This document shows positions 55,848-64,000 of a stretch of 64,000 nucleotides of DNA, one piece after another. Source of the DNA: a virus; IMG/VR virus record IMGVR_UViG_3300024327_000544; one strand, 5' to 3'. Position 1 is the first letter of the stretch, and each line of letters opens with the position of its first letter. A model generated the notes under the pieces. That model had not been told where the DNA came from. It was given only the letters and a program-made list of their open reading frames with translations, and did no database searches. Both the position numbers and the translations under genes were made by a program.

Positions 55848-56776
55848 TGTCCTTCAACCATTACTTCGATCAAGCATGCGGTTAGATTGATTTGTTGATC
55901 TGCTGCGAATGCAGATTTATATTGATAATCAGCCAATAATAAAATAATTGGTGGTAATGTGTTAGGTGTTAAATGTTCATGTAAATTATCATATAACTGT
56001 CTATATATGTTTCTTGGATCTGTATGACTTGAATCATTCACCCATTTACGAACCTTTGTAAAGTTCTTTTCTTTTAATGCGTTGATAAGAGCAAGAAAGT
56101 TAGCATCGCCCAATTGACCGAGAACCCCGCTGTCAATACCACCTGTAGCACTATAACGTTGTAACTCATTTAATGTCCTTCTAAAATCTGGATAATATCT
56201 CATTATTAATTCAACGAGAACCTTTTCATTATAGTTAACATTATTCTCGTCAAGGATTTGCTTTGTTCTATCTAACATAGATTGAGCAATCGCAGGTGCA
56301 TCCTTTTTATCTATCTTAAATTCAATTACAGAACATCTAGAATGAATTGGTTCAATAATCCTATGTAAATAATTACATGTAAAAATAAAACTACAGTTTT
56401 CAGAAAACTGTTCAATAAATCCTCTCAAGGCTGGTTGTGTAGATTGAGGATTTAAATAATCTGCCTCATCAATTATAACAACTTTTCTACCACCCAGTAA
56501 TGAAACACTACTACAATAATTTTCTAGTTTGACTCTCAATAAATCAATACCAGATTCTTGAGAACCATTCACAACAAGATAGTCAGAACCAATCTCCTTA
56601 CACATTGCTTTCGCAATTGTTGTTTTACCAACACCAGGCCCTCCAGTCAATAATAGATTAGGAATATTTCCTTTTTCTACAAATGATTGGAATGGATTCT
56701 TCAGATGATCAGGAAGAATACAGTCTGCTACCTTTTGAGGTCTATACGCCTCAACCCATAATATATTATCTGTCAT
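55838..56776 (-). CDS. gp44: Clamp loader large subunit (T4 gp44)
   Basis: WVEAYRP, GGPGVGKTT, IIDEAD and SRC. Confidence 0.95.
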   Translation of the reverse strand: MTDNILWVEAYRPQKVADCILPDHLKNPFQSFVEKGNIPNLLLTGGPGVGKTTIAKAMCKEIGSDYLVVNGSQESGIDLLRVKLENYCSSVSLLGGRKVVIIDEADYLNPQSTQPALRGFIEQFSENCSFIFTCNYLHRIIEPIHSRCSVIEFKIDKKDAPAIAQSMLDRTKQILDENNVNYNEKVLVELIMRYYPDFRRTLNELQRYSATGGIDSGVLGQLGDANFLALINALKEKNFTKVRKWVNDSSHTDPRNIYRQLYDNLHEHLTPNTLPPIILLLADYQYKSAFAADQQINLTACLIEVMVEGQWQ

Positions 56777-56781
56777 AATCC

Positions 56782-57468
56782 TTATACTGTCTGTTCAGTT
56801 GCAATCCAATACTCAAGTTTCTTTTCTGTGTTCTTAAAATGTCCAAGACCCTTATTTGATATTTTCACATCATAAGTCCCTTTCATCAATTTAAGATTTT
56901 CAAGTTTGAAAATCATTTTAAAATTAGAATCAGAATTACCCAAGTCAACTGCATAACTGTCGACGGATGTTTTGGAATCAATTGCTTGCAATTTAATCTT
57001 TCCATCCTTTGCTATAACAGCAATTTCTGGTAGACTCATAACTGAAGCTGCTCTCATAATAGAAACGAAATACTTCTCTTCAAGTTTAAATGAAGCTTCC
57101 GGTTCTGGCAACTTAATATCTTTTGCAAGAATCTTTTTTTCATTTTCAAACAAAGACATGTTGGCAAATTGATATTCAGCTATCTGATCTCCAGCTGTAT
57201 AATTATTTGCATCAACACTTGATTGAACTTTTACAGACTTTTCACTAAAGTCAAACTGTGGCTCAACGAATAAAGAAAGAACACCCAGAAACTTATTGAG
57301 ATCATAGATCGCAAAGTCTTGTGGGAACTCTTGTCCGAGTTCTGCTTTTGCCATTACATTTGTCTGTTCACTAACTGTCTTAATGACTTTACCTTTTTCG
57401 ATAACCAGGCTTTGATTAATCTCAGCAAAGTTTTTTAAATATTCAACAGTCTCATTATGTATAATCAT
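56782..57468 (-). CDS. gp45: Sliding clamp (T4 gp45)
   Basis: LKNFAEINQS, FAIYDLNKFL, ENLK and YWIA. Synteny with gp44/gp62. Confidence 0.93.
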   Translation of the reverse strand: MIIHNETVEYLKNFAEINQSLVIEKGKVIKTVSEQTNVMAKAELGQEFPQDFAIYDLNKFLGVLSLFVEPQFDFSEKSVKVQSSVDANNYTAGDQIAEYQFANMSLFENEKKILAKDIKLPEPEASFKLEEKYFVSIMRAASVMSLPEIAVIAKDGKIKLQAIDSKTSVDSYAVDLGNSDSNFKMIFKLENLKLMKGTYDVKISNKGLGHFKNTEKKLEYWIATEQTV

Positions 57469-57474
57469 ATTTTC

Positions 57475-58473
57475 CTATAAATGGTTAGGACTTTTTGAAT
57501 AATCAGGTTTCTCTGACTTCTTATCATCCTTGCGTTTTTTCGACGCGAGCTTTCTACGTTCTTTTCTATTCATTCCCTCTGCAGACTTTTTCTTTTTTCT
57601 GTCTTCTAAGAAAGGTCTATTCTCAGTATCATATCCATGCGCGGCATATTCCAATGCACCCATATCTGGTAAGTTACCGGAGAATACATATGTTCCAACA
57701 TGGGATAATTTCATCCAAGGACATAGAAAAGTTTTGATATCTATCTTATGTGCTAATTGACAGAACATATAATCTTCTGATAGATAACGATCGGAATTTT
57801 CCGATCTACCTTCACCCATCCAATGATCATTATCAATAATAGTATCAAAGAATGCATGAATGTATCTGGAACCGTCAAAGTGTTCTGAACGGTTATGATC
57901 TGGTTTATATCGAAACTTAGGATATTCTTTTGCGAACTTTTCTAATACTTCACGTTGAAGCATCATAAACCCAGTTCCTATTTCCAAAGCTTCTACTGGT
58001 TCTGATAATGAAATAGTTTGTTGACCTCCTACTGGATTGAAAACAAAATCACCTGTAAATCTTTCAAGCGTCATTGGATCATCATCAGCTAATCCTTTAT
58101 CAACAGCATTACGAACCTTCTCCCAAGCAATACACTTCTTAGGATATATACCACCAATGATTGGTTTCGTTTCATCACATAGCGCTGCTAGTGTAAGAAC
58201 GTAATTCGGATCGAAACAAATATCTGCATCAATGAACATGAGATGTGTATAACCGGATCTCAAGAACTCATCAACACAATAATTTCGTGCTCTTGTAATT
58301 AAGGATTCGTTGAATAGATAAAAGAATTTTAAATCGATTTGATATTTGGTGGCTGTAGTTGCTAAGTCACAACAAGCTTTTGTATACATTCCACTACACA
58401 TTCCACCATACATTGGTGTAGCTACAAAAATCTTTTTCTTTCTTAACTCAGCTATTGGAACTTCGATCTGCAT
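57475..58473 (-). CDS. GT-A-fold glycosyltransferase-like protein
   Basis: FVATPMYGG, NESLITRARN, LMFIDAD (DxD), GTGFM and LSEDY.FC. Confidence 0.7.
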   Translation of the reverse strand: MQIEVPIAELRKKKIFVATPMYGGMCSGMYTKACCDLATTATKYQIDLKFFYLFNESLITRARNYCVDEFLRSGYTHLMFIDADICFDPNYVLTLAALCDETKPIIGGIYPKKCIAWEKVRNAVDKGLADDDPMTLERFTGDFVFNPVGGQQTISLSEPVEALEIGTGFMMLQREVLEKFAKEYPKFRYKPDHNRSEHFDGSRYIHAFFDTIIDNDHWMGEGRSENSDRYLSEDYMFCQLAHKIDIKTFLCPWMKLSHVGTYVFSGNLPDMGALEYAAHGYDTENRPFLEDRKKKKSAEGMNRKERRKLASKKRKDDKKSEKPDYSKSPNHL

Positions 58474-58513
58474 TCACTCCTTTCATATTAAATAAACAGA
58501 AAACGTTATCATC

Positions 58514-58549
58514 TATTTATATTATAGGCGATAACGTTTAAAATGTCAA
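58514..58549 (-). promoter_or_regulatory. Overlapping sigma70 promoter and T4 late promoter
   Basis: TTGACA-N17-TATAAT (58549-58521) with TATAAATA at 58521-58514. Confidence 0.8.
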
Positions 58550-58563
58550 GGACTATTTTATTT

Positions 58564-59724
58564 TTATTCTTCTTTTGCTTCTTCGGCAGGTTCTTCATCT
58601 GTTTCAGGGGTTGCTGCAGGATCTACTTTACTCCATAGATCCATAAAACCATTTTTAGTATCTTCATCAAAACGATTGATCGAAAATTCGATCGCTTTCA
58701 TCTTGTCTCTGAATACCATATATGAATTACAAATATTTACCAAACGACGTGTTGAGATAATCTCATCAATGCCACCGTCATCATAAGTCCTACGAATTAC
58801 ATCGGTCCACTGTACTAAGTGATCAACAAATGTTTCATCTTTGACTTCATAATTTGCGAGGATCTTGGTAATAATCTTTTTCTCTGTTGTCGCATTTGGA
58901 TAATCTTGTTCGAACGTTAATGGGAAACGATCAAGGAAAGCTTCATTAAGAATGTTTGTTCCAATGAATCTCCCATCCTCAGATCCTTTTCCTTTAGTAT
59001 TCGCCGTCGCAATAATATTGAATCCAGGTGCTGGTTTAACGAGTCTGTTAATCTTCTTCAAGAAGATGTCTCCACCTTCAAGCACTGGTTGTAGACACAT
59101 GATTTTATTTGATGCAAGGTCAATCTCATCAAGAAGAAGAATTGCTCCTCTTTCCATTGCAACGATAACAGGTCCATCTTCCCAAACAGTTTCACCATCT
59201 TTAAGGGTATAGTGACCAAGTAAATCATCCTCATCAGTTTCAATTGTAATATTGACTCGAATTAATTCACGTTTACTTTTTGCTGCTGCTTCGAAAACCT
59301 CTTTGGTTTTCCCCATACCAGAAAGACCAGTAATGAATGTTGGAATGAACATTCCGGAATTTATGATTCTTACAAGTTCTGTAAAATAACCTGCTTTAAC
59401 ATAATTAGGATCGGGGGAAGGTACGAATGAAACTTCTTCGCTAACCTTTTTAACTGCCGTCTCATGTTGCACTTCACGTGCATCAATTGCTTTAGGCTTC
59501 CGATATTGATCGCCCCACTTTGCTTGTGGCATAATTTGTAATGCTTGTCCATAATTGGCAATCGAAAATTGATTTCGGCCAACTCTAAGTTTACTCAAAA
59601 AATTCTGATTCGGCTCTTTAAGTCCTGCTTCCTCGGCTACTCTATTTACCTCAGATCTCTCAAGCACTTTTGAATCTCCATGTACTTTCTTCCAGGCTTC
59701 AACTAATTGGTCTCGGTGTGTCAT
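58564..59724 (-). CDS. cobS: CobS/MoxR-like AAA+ ATPase
   Basis: GLSGMGKT, DEDDLLG, LLLDEID, ATANTKG and LNEAFLDRF. Confidence 0.9.
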   Translation of the reverse strand: MTHRDQLVEAWKKVHGDSKVLERSEVNRVAEEAGLKEPNQNFLSKLRVGRNQFSIANYGQALQIMPQAKWGDQYRKPKAIDAREVQHETAVKKVSEEVSFVPSPDPNYVKAGYFTELVRIINSGMFIPTFITGLSGMGKTKEVFEAAAKSKRELIRVNITIETDEDDLLGHYTLKDGETVWEDGPVIVAMERGAILLLDEIDLASNKIMCLQPVLEGGDIFLKKINRLVKPAPGFNIIATANTKGKGSEDGRFIGTNILNEAFLDRFPLTFEQDYPNATTEKKIITKILANYEVKDETFVDHLVQWTDVIRRTYDDGGIDEIISTRRLVNICNSYMVFRDKMKAIEFSINRFDEDTKNGFMDLWSKVDPAATPETDEEPAEEAKEE

Positions 59725-59760
59725 AATCTACTCTCTCTAAGTTATTATTCATTATGATAT

Positions 59761-59808
59761 ATTATACCATAAGTTTGACAAAATGTCAACCTTTTTGTTT
59801 ATCAATGA
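59761..59808 (-). promoter_or_regulatory. Consensus sigma70-type early promoter with upstream TCATTGAT element
   Basis: TCATTGAT-N11-TTGACATTTTG..TATAAT. The -35 is part of a TTGACA-AAA-TGTCAA palindrome. Confidence 0.85.
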
Positions 59809-59859
59809 TTTCAACGCGTTCCTTATATCTTGTTGAAATTATTATAAAACAAATTTGCA

Positions 59860-62412
59860 TTATGCTACCATTTCTGCAAATCGATTAAGCAGAACGCGCT
59901 TCTCAAGTTTTCCTTTCTGAAACTTTTTGAATGCACGTGTTATCTGCGCTGTAGTCAACTGCTTATCGGTATCAAGATCAATCTCATCTTCCGTCTGAAC
60001 TGACTTGTTTGCTTTAATCACATACAATTCTGAATATCCTAAGTTCGTACTTATAAAAAATCCGTTCCTATTATAGTCTGATTTTGCATCTGTATATGCA
60101 TCTTGGCTGAATGATGATCCTGTTTTTATCCTTTGATCTTTTGATCCTATCCTACCAGCCTGATCTCCACTAGTACAAAGGAAGAATCCAACAACATTCG
60201 AAAATGTTTTATACTTGTAATACTCAAGTGTATTACGTGTTTCACCCCAACTACTTTTACGTGTCCAATCAAATACTTTTTTTGTTTCGGTATCTACTAA
60301 CTTATTACGAACAGGATCGCCTCCTATTTGATTCTCAATGTTATAAGATCTAATCTTCCCATCTTCCTTGTCCGCTTTCCAATAACTGTGAGCTGAATTT
60401 GATTCACCATCTGTTAAAATAATTGTATTAACAATATCTAATCTATTATCTTTTTTGAATCTATTTACATTTGGAATACTAAACATGATTGCAGAATTTA
60501 ATGGTGTTCCACAAAGACGTGATAATGGAAAATTATATCGATTCGATATAGCGCTCCAATCCCATGTAGATATTTCTTTTTCTTCTCTCATCTTATCCCA
60601 AATCATCTCTTGCTTGGTCTCTTTAATTACGCGAAGCTTCTTACCATATACATCTGCTTTTATCTTAGCCTGCATTCTTTTTCTTGCTTGATAAGGAGCG
60701 TTGTGAAACTCACTATCACATCGAAGTAAAGAAACAACCAACTGTTCTCTCATATCACGAAAATCTTTTGCTGACATTTTATCTGAAAAGATCTCCACTA
60801 ATTGTACCGCTCGGTGATCACCTGCAGATGAAATATTACCAGCTATCTTTTCTTCTAAAGGTCTCTGTGCCTGTCTCACACTTATATCATGTCCATCTTC
60901 ATCATAAGCATAATCTATGAAGGCATATACTTCATGTTTGATTGCACACTTTCTACAAAAGTCTACTAATTGCAACAACTGAATAAATGTTGGAATCATC
61001 TTATCATGCATCGATCCTGACCAATCACACAACATATATAATCCGTGATTCTTTCCTTCTGGAACGATCGTGACTTTCTTGAAAATATTATCTGAATATT
61101 TGTATTTGTGAATATCTGTTAAAGATATGATTCCCGAATTAGCAGTCTGTGATCTTTTATATTCCGCTGCTTTCTTCTTCATCTCAAATTCTTTTGCGAG
61201 ATAATTAACAACTGGTTTATTATCCTTATCAACTAATTTCAAATACTCGCGTGCATATTCAAATGGAAGTTGTGATTCGGTTTCATATACCTCCGCCTTC
61301 TTTTCGATTCTGATCTTATGTTCTTTCATCAACTCTTTGTATGTGACAACCAAACCATTGTTTTTGATATTCAGTTTCGGTGAATTAAAATATCGAATTT
61401 CGATCGCATCTTCATGAACTAATTCTTCTTCATGAGCTCTAAACTCTTTATCAGTAATTGATTGAGGTTCAGGTTTATCCCACGTCCAAGGATCTTCATC
61501 GTACCATGTATCATCTCCACCTTCTGAACCACCAGCTTGATTTTTTGGAGCAGCTTCTTTTTGAGATTCATCTTTGGTTTGATCTACAGGTGATTCTCCA
61601 TCTTCATTTGCTTTCAGTTGTTCTTCTGGACCATCTCCATCTGTTTCAGGACAACTATCAACTGGTGCATCACAATCTTCTTTGCTTACCTGATCTTCGT
61701 TTTCTGGATTTTCCTTATCTGGATTTGGAGGTACAATATCTTGCATATTGTCATTATCATCCCATTCACAATCTTCCTCACAATCCGAATCTTCTTCAGT
61801 GTCCATTTGCATCTGCATTTCATCGAACTGTTGTAACTGTTCTTCTCGATCTGAACACCAATCCCAAAGCTCACCTGTTAATTGCTCTACATCATCCCAT
61901 GTCTCAAGATTTTCCATCTCGCGAACAAAATACATTTCCTCTTCAGTGAATCTTACTGCTTCGCGTAATCCACTTTTAAAATGTATATTGAGTTTATCAA
62001 TCAGAGGAGCTGTATTGATATCTATTTTATATTTCTTGAATCCCATAAAATCGCGTTCATGCATCAAAACCTGATAACCTGCATGCATTGCTTTTGCAGC
62101 ACCATGATATTTGCGTTTGATCAATTTTTCAATTCTGGCATCTTCGACAATATTTAAAAACCCTTTGTAGTTTGGTCCGAATTCGGAAACCACTTTATGC
62201 CAACCTTCTGCTGGCGTATATAAGGCGTGTCCAACCTCATGACAAACGAATAAGTCATAGACTTCTCCTTCCATCTCTTTAAGGATTGGAAGAACCAAGG
62301 TTCTTGATTTAGGATCAAATCCTGCGGTAGGAACTTTAGCATGACGGACCGTGATATTCTCGGAAACCATCAACTTAGCTAGGATTGATTTTTGTTCTCG
62401 TAGTTCGCTCAT
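59860..62412 (-). CDS. CobT-like protein: N-terminal HExxH domain, acidic linker and vWA domain
   Basis: HEVGHAL..NIVEDARIE, an acidic stretch, DWSGSM MIDAS, GTPL and TDGE. Confidence 0.85.
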   Translation of the reverse strand: MSELREQKSILAKLMVSENITVRHAKVPTAGFDPKSRTLVLPILKEMEGEVYDLFVCHEVGHALYTPAEGWHKVVSEFGPNYKGFLNIVEDARIEKLIKRKYHGAAKAMHAGYQVLMHERDFMGFKKYKIDINTAPLIDKLNIHFKSGLREAVRFTEEEMYFVREMENLETWDDVEQLTGELWDWCSDREEQLQQFDEMQMQMDTEEDSDCEEDCEWDDNDNMQDIVPPNPDKENPENEDQVSKEDCDAPVDSCPETDGDGPEEQLKANEDGESPVDQTKDESQKEAAPKNQAGGSEGGDDTWYDEDPWTWDKPEPQSITDKEFRAHEEELVHEDAIEIRYFNSPKLNIKNNGLVVTYKELMKEHKIRIEKKAEVYETESQLPFEYAREYLKLVDKDNKPVVNYLAKEFEMKKKAAEYKRSQTANSGIISLTDIHKYKYSDNIFKKVTIVPEGKNHGLYMLCDWSGSMHDKMIPTFIQLLQLVDFCRKCAIKHEVYAFIDYAYDEDGHDISVRQAQRPLEEKIAGNISSAGDHRAVQLVEIFSDKMSAKDFRDMREQLVVSLLRCDSEFHNAPYQARKRMQAKIKADVYGKKLRVIKETKQEMIWDKMREEKEISTWDWSAISNRYNFPLSRLCGTPLNSAIMFSIPNVNRFKKDNRLDIVNTIILTDGESNSAHSYWKADKEDGKIRSYNIENQIGGDPVRNKLVDTETKKVFDWTRKSSWGETRNTLEYYKYKTFSNVVGFFLCTSGDQAGRIGSKDQRIKTGSSFSQDAYTDAKSDYNRNGFFISTNLGYSELYVIKANKSVQTEDEIDLDTDKQLTTAQITRAFKKFQKGKLEKRVLLNRFAEMVA

Positions 62413-62449
62413 GTTTCTCTCTCGTTCGCGTTTCTTATTCTGTACCTAT

Positions 62450-62497
62450 ATTATATCACAACTAGACCAAAATGTCAACAGAAATGATCATCAATGA
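62450..62497 (-). promoter_or_regulatory. Consensus sigma70-type early promoter with upstream TCATTGAT element
   Basis: TCATTGAT-N11-TTGACATTTTG..TATAAT. Confidence 0.85.
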
Positions 62498-62588
62498 ATA
62501 CAATGGGTTAGACCCAATCGCTTTGATATCATTGATGTTTTTTTTGAATTTTTTTTGAATAAAGATATTCTATAAATTATAAAGTAGT

Positions 62589-63497
62589 TTATGCTTCTTT
62601 TCCATTTAAAGCTCCGTAAAATTCATTATGTTTTAATAAGTATTGATTTAAAACTTCATGTTGTTTCTTTTCCCCTAAGTGTCCTTTGTATAGGGCATAC
62701 TCGTGATATATAATTCTATTGGCATCTTCACGAGACATAGTTTTTGAATAATATTCAACTAACCAATCATATATAGTTAATTTCCAATCCACCTGGTTTG
62801 TTAAATTTTTACCTGTTAGAAACTCTTCTACGAATATTGGAACTTTATTTTCTACTTCAATTAAAGCTTGATCAACATGAGTTGGACCGTGCTTATAAGT
62901 AGGCACCCACAACATAGAGAAAAAATGTTTAAATAATTTCTTATACATATTTCGACAATTATAAAATGTCTCTGCCATCTCATTAAAGTATTCATTATCT
63001 ATAAGAGCATCTAATATAACTTGAGGTAATTCATTTGCATTTACTTTTGTGCCATCAAGATCTAATCCCATGCGGCTATCCCAATGGGGTCCTACCTGAA
63101 CACATTTTCTTTCTACAACATAATTCTTTACAGAAAGACTTTTCATCTTTTGTTGATGTAGAAAGAAGTTTCCTTTTCTACCTGTGCGGAACCATGAATC
63201 TAATGTACCATCATACTTCTTTGATTTTCTTTCTATTGTCAAAGGATACATTTGACGTTGTGTTGTAAATTGAAGGATCACCATTTCATAATCTTCAACA
63301 AGGCAAGTCCTCAAAGCAGCTTCCATATTATTCTGCCCACCTCCTGGCGATGCAAATAGATGGATCTCATGTTGAGGAAATTTCCTTGCTAATTGACGAG
63401 GCCAACCTTTCCAAGCATCAAATCCACCTGATTTATTAAGGAGACCTGATTGGCTTACACCAGCACTATGAGAGCATCCAATTATTCCAACTTTCAT
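62589..63497 (-). CDS. Hypothetical protein, possible SGNH-like fold
   Basis: IIGCSHSAG..WP..L..GGG.N..VILQ.T pattern. Confidence 0.45.
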   Translation of the reverse strand: MKVGIIGCSHSAGVSQSGLLNKSGGFDAWKGWPRQLARKFPQHEIHLFASPGGGQNNMEAALRTCLVEDYEMVILQFTTQRQMYPLTIERKSKKYDGTLDSWFRTGRKGNFFLHQQKMKSLSVKNYVVERKCVQVGPHWDSRMGLDLDGTKVNANELPQVILDALIDNEYFNEMAETFYNCRNMYKKLFKHFFSMLWVPTYKHGPTHVDQALIEVENKVPIFVEEFLTGKNLTNQVDWKLTIYDWLVEYYSKTMSREDANRIIYHEYALYKGHLGEKKQHEVLNQYLLKHNEFYGALNGKEA

Positions 63498-63954
63498 AAT
63501 CCTTTATATGTCCATGGTTAAAATTAGTAAAAACTTTTTTATAGTAAGGTAAAGTTTTTAAAAATTTATTATATTCAATTTCCCAAAATTCATGATTACA
63601 ATAATATTCCAAAAAAGGTTTCCAATGAAGACTCTTTTTAATTTTTACGTTTTTATTTCTCATTAATATTTTACTACCTTGAGGTCCTTCTACTTCAGAT
63701 AATGTCTTCTTACCTTCAGCATGTTCTCTATCTCTGGGATATATTTTATCTTCATCAAACCCTATGCTCTTATGAAAATCCTGATATATCAAATATACAG
63801 AAATATCAGAACCCCTCTCTTCGAAACATTTGCGAATCAAATGTTCTTGATAATCAAACCCCAATTCTTTATCATCATACATACCATCAAGATGATGCTG
63901 TCTTAACATAAAACTTAATCGTTCTGCAGGTCCGATTAATACTTTTTCAATCAT
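63466..63954 (-). CDS. Hypothetical protein
   Basis: 162-aa ORF overlapping its neighbours. Confidence 0.55.
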   Translation of the reverse strand: MIEKVLIGPAERLSFMLRQHHLDGMYDDKELGFDYQEHLIRKCFEERGSDISVYLIYQDFHKSIGFDEDKIYPRDREHAEGKKTLSEVEGPQGSKILMRNKNVKIKKSLHWKPFLEYYCNHEFWEIEYNKFLKTLPYYKKVFTNFNHGHIKDYESWNNWMLS

Positions 63955-64000
63955 ATATAAATGGATCTAAATCTTGTTTCTTTTTACCAAAAATCTTTTC
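63947..64000 (-). CDS. 3' end of a gene entering from beyond the window
   Basis: EKIFGKKKQDLDPFIYD* ends overlapping the next ATG. Confidence 0.4.
   Translation of the reverse strand, partial: EKIFGKKKQDLDPFIYD

Noticed and set aside
58564-62412. Cobalamin biosynthesis (CobST chelatase) linked to the B12 enzymes
   Set aside because: No cobN or other cob genes are present. Phage CobS/CobT-like proteins are MoxR-vWA type, and the name reflects homology only.
736-63911. Dozens of plus-strand and nested minus-strand ORFs in the ORF track (e.g. 35537..36049, 49315..49827, 61458..61949, 27345..27650)
   Set aside because: They lie antisense to or out of frame within well-supported genes, have skewed Phe/Ser/Leu/Ile-rich composition and no motifs. 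They are shadow ORFs. Only 24998..25384 is credible on the plus strand.
1-64000. Stop-codon reassignment, and tRNA or rRNA genes
   Set aside because: Core genes are intact under the standard code, and all three stop codons are used at gene ends. The few intergenic gaps are explained by promoters, terminators or hairpins, and no cloverleaf was seen.

Overview
This 64 kb window is a segment of a large, AT-rich T4-like myovirus genome, most likely an aquatic phage of a Gram-negative host. It is not bacterial chromosome. Essentially all real genes lie on the minus strand. Read in the direction of transcription (64 kb to 1), it contains six blocks. (1) A CobT-like vWA/peptidase plus CobS AAA+ pair behind near-perfect sigma70-type promoters. 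(2) The T4 replication core (gp45, gp44, gp62, regA, dUTPase, Hsp20, M15A endolysin candidate, gp43, UvsX, gp40-like, gp41), with an inserted PRTase / BMP-binding protein / 2OG-oxygenase module. (3) A run of about seven genes (35.6-43.9 kb) whose N-termini resemble the T4 capsid-targeting sequence MKTYQEFIAE. These include an RNA/DNA-ligase-superfamily protein (KxDG, EGFV motifs), a HIGH-type nucleotidyltransferase, a PD-(D/E)xK-like protein and a winged-helix-tipped acidic protein, which suggests an enzyme set packaged in the head and ejected into the host. (4) Virion/fibre-like genes. (5) Primase, ThyX, a class II (B12) ribonucleotide reductase, a RuvC-like nuclease, a heptose/glycosyltransferase module, RNase H, SleB and an exonuclease. 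(6) A 17 kb biosynthetic-style island: three SPASM/twitch radical SAMs, two B12 radical SAMs, two compact flavin halogenases, four Fe/2OG oxygenases, an ANL ligase, a GNAT-like protein, a methyltransferase and an aldo-keto reductase, plus two late-promoter lipoproteins. I found no tRNA, rRNA, CRISPR array, intron or intein. All family assignments come from motif reading and recall, not from database searches.
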